From Lenisia limosa (Eukaryota; Protista; Breviatea): a DNA stretch of 50,411 nt. Position 1 is the first letter of the stretch, and the number at the start of each line of letters is the position of its first letter. Below are positions 48,123 through 50,411 of this stretch, piece by piece. The position numbers and the translations under genes were made by a program. The stretch covers positions 1-50,411 of the forward strand of contig LPNZ01011109.1 of the NCBI GenBank assembly GCA_001655205.1, in the 5' to 3' direction. The notes beneath the pieces were generated by a model. The model did not search any database, was not told the origin of the DNA, and saw only the letters and a list, made by a program, of their open reading frames with translations.

Positions 48123-50241
48123 CTAGTGATACTCTGAAATAATATTACAGAGCACTTCGTGAGATTCAGAGAGACATCCTTCTTCCATACCTTCACCAAC
48201 ATACCAAAAGTGGAATGCTCTTTCTGGAAAGGGGTCAGGCAGGAACATTTTGAATGCATGGCATTCCCTTGCTCACTGCAAATCATCTTGGTGTACTTCT
48301 TCTCCAGTGCACTGAAAGCGTCACCCATGCCTTTAGCGTTTCCTATCAAACAGGCCGACTGTCGTGGCGAAACCTGAAAGTCAGCTTTCCCGAGACATTT
48401 TTTTTTGTATCAATTTTCATTCATATTTTCATTGCTGTGTTTTTGTTGCTGAAAATATTACTAACATTGTTCTTTGATTAAAAGTTCATTGAGATCCCAG
48501 CAAACCTGGTCCCAATGAGATGGTAATGTGATCATCTGTTTGTTTGTAGCAACAGCAAGAGTCCTGTTGTTAGTAAACTGAAGGTCCAGGTCAGAAACAG
48601 CCTGTTCCGCCTCTTTTGGTGTGATATCTCCCCTAAATAGAAGGCAGGCCGCAGTCAGGGGCTGGAGCAGCGACACGGAAAATGAAGGGTTGAGACTGGC
48701 TGATGAGGCTATGGTATTCGGACTGGGGGCGTCAATATCGGACTGGTGTGCACTGAGGAAGGGCGAAAGGCCTGTGACCTGCGCACTTAACAACTAACAA
48801 TGCAAGGGAACACGAAATAAAAAGACCATTAAACGCCGACCTGATATTTGCAATGAAGAGAGTCAATTAGGGTGGCGTAGTCCGATGTGGATCGGAGTAG
48901 ATCTCGGTCAAAGCCCAATCTCAAAGGAGTCGTTATTGCCGAGACATATTGTGCATAAAGACGATTGACATGCTCAATTTCTGAGTATTGTGGGGCAATT
49001 GTCTCATGAACAACTCTAGACAGGGACTGATTGTCAAAAACAAATGCCGAGTTAGAATGCTCGTACGAATATGCAATAGCAAGAACAGTGTTGTATGTGT
49101 CTTGTACGAAGTTTGAAGAAGAGTATTGTAAAGAGGGCATCAAGAGGAACTCAGCCACATCACAGGAATAGGCATCCTGAATGTGCTCAAGAATCTCATT
49201 GCCGTAGCCAGAGCCAGAACCTCCACTGAGTGCTCGATGTACATGAAAACCCTTGAAAAAATGAAAAATAAAAGCGGTCTTCCTAATCTTTATCCCATCC
49301 ATACCTCAAAAGTGTCACATGCTTCAACCTGTTGTCTGAGAGCATTTTCCGTGTCGGGCATTAGCTCTTTTCCTAGAATGTCATCTCAAAACACAACCCT
49401 CAAAAAACAGGAGTGGTAACTGTCTCAAAAAATACGCTTTTGAAAAAAAGGGAATTCAGTCAGAACTTAGTTTCAGGTGGTGTGTCAGCCTCAAAATAGT
49501 TAAACTACTTACAAATCAACGGATACCGGAATAATATGTATAATTAAGAGTGAAGTACAACACAAGAAACAAGAAAGAAATAAGATATAATGACTTCATT
49601 AAGGGTTTTACTGACAAGTTTGAGACCAGTTTTCGGCACAATGTGAGAACCACAAGCAATTGTTATCAACGGGGAAAAATAAGTATTGAGAAATAGTTCA
49701 GAAAAAGGGGGGTAAACTGTGACGAAGCACACCATTTGTTTTGTGACTAAAGTCACAATCTCCTCAAAACATCTCCAACTCACCAAGCCTGGTTCCTGCT
49801 GAAAAGATGTTTCCTGCATTTTCCTTTCCTAAAAAATGAGTTCTCTGAAAATAACCTTCTCTGTGTGGCTCAGATTAAGGATTACAGCTGTATGGATTTT
49901 GAAACAGTGTAAAATGTATTTCCCAAAATAATAAACGTGAGGAATGTTTCCAGTCAAATGAGCAAAATTGGAACAATTGTTTCCGACCTCCAACCCAAGA
50001 CAACTTGTCTGTCATCAATATAGAAACGGCGGCGGAAGTTCTGTGGGCCGTACCCGTCAAGATCGGTGAAAATGGCCCGAGACCGCAGACCGTTTTCCGT
50101 TTCGTGGAAGACCTGATGGACGTTCTCACAATCCCACTCGCGACCGAGGGAGCAGTCGAATGAGGCTGACAGATGTTCATGATGAAGCAGATCCCAATAG
50201 GCCAACCCAGTCTCTGTGCCCGCTTGGCCCACACTATGCAA
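48123..50241 (-). CDS. Highly divergent alpha-tubulin-like protein; first exon(s) unresolved near the window end
   Basis: VGQAG...YWDLLHHEH, FHETENGLRSRAIFTDLD, ENAGNIFSAG, LRQQVEACDTFEGFHVHRALSGGSGSG, FVFDNQSL, AACLLFRGDITPKE, SACLIGN, KRAFHFWYVGEGMEEG then SEYH* (TAG 48123-48125). Confidence 0.87.
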
Positions 50242-50411
50242 TTATGAATATCGAGATTATTGGATTTCTTTTTAATAGTTTTGGACATAGTGCAAAAAAA
50301 TCTTATACTAACTATGAGGTTGATAATTATTGCTGACCAATACCATTTAAAATAAATATACAAAAAATAGTATTATGTATCCCCCCAACTGAATGCTTAC
50401 AACGCCCATGA

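Overview
Intron-rich eukaryotic nuclear DNA from a draft assembly with many N gaps. It uses the standard genetic code and mostly 35-110 nt GT-AG introns; the gene set suggests a unicellular Amorphea-like protist (inference, not established). Left to right: a decayed Penelope-like retroelement with GIY-YIG upstream of RT, flanked by a ~200 bp repeat present four times in the window; a low-complexity UIM/Q-rich/GW-repeat protein with an intronic MITE; V-ATPase subunit d; an ankyrin protein; a conserved beta-tubulin; an RBMS-type two-RRM protein; a second ankyrin protein; an intronless histone H1 with a metazoan-style 3' stem-loop; GnT-I (MGAT1); a VPS9-domain protein; a Harbinger deletion derivative; an orphan secreted protein; a 7.7 kb SPX-ankyrin-CBM20-GDPD gene; a ZC3H3-like protein; a small acidic ORF; and a very divergent alpha-tubulin lacking the E254 equivalent and the acidic tail. 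Gene models were spliced by eye, so gene ends and exon boundaries are approximate. No database searches were run.
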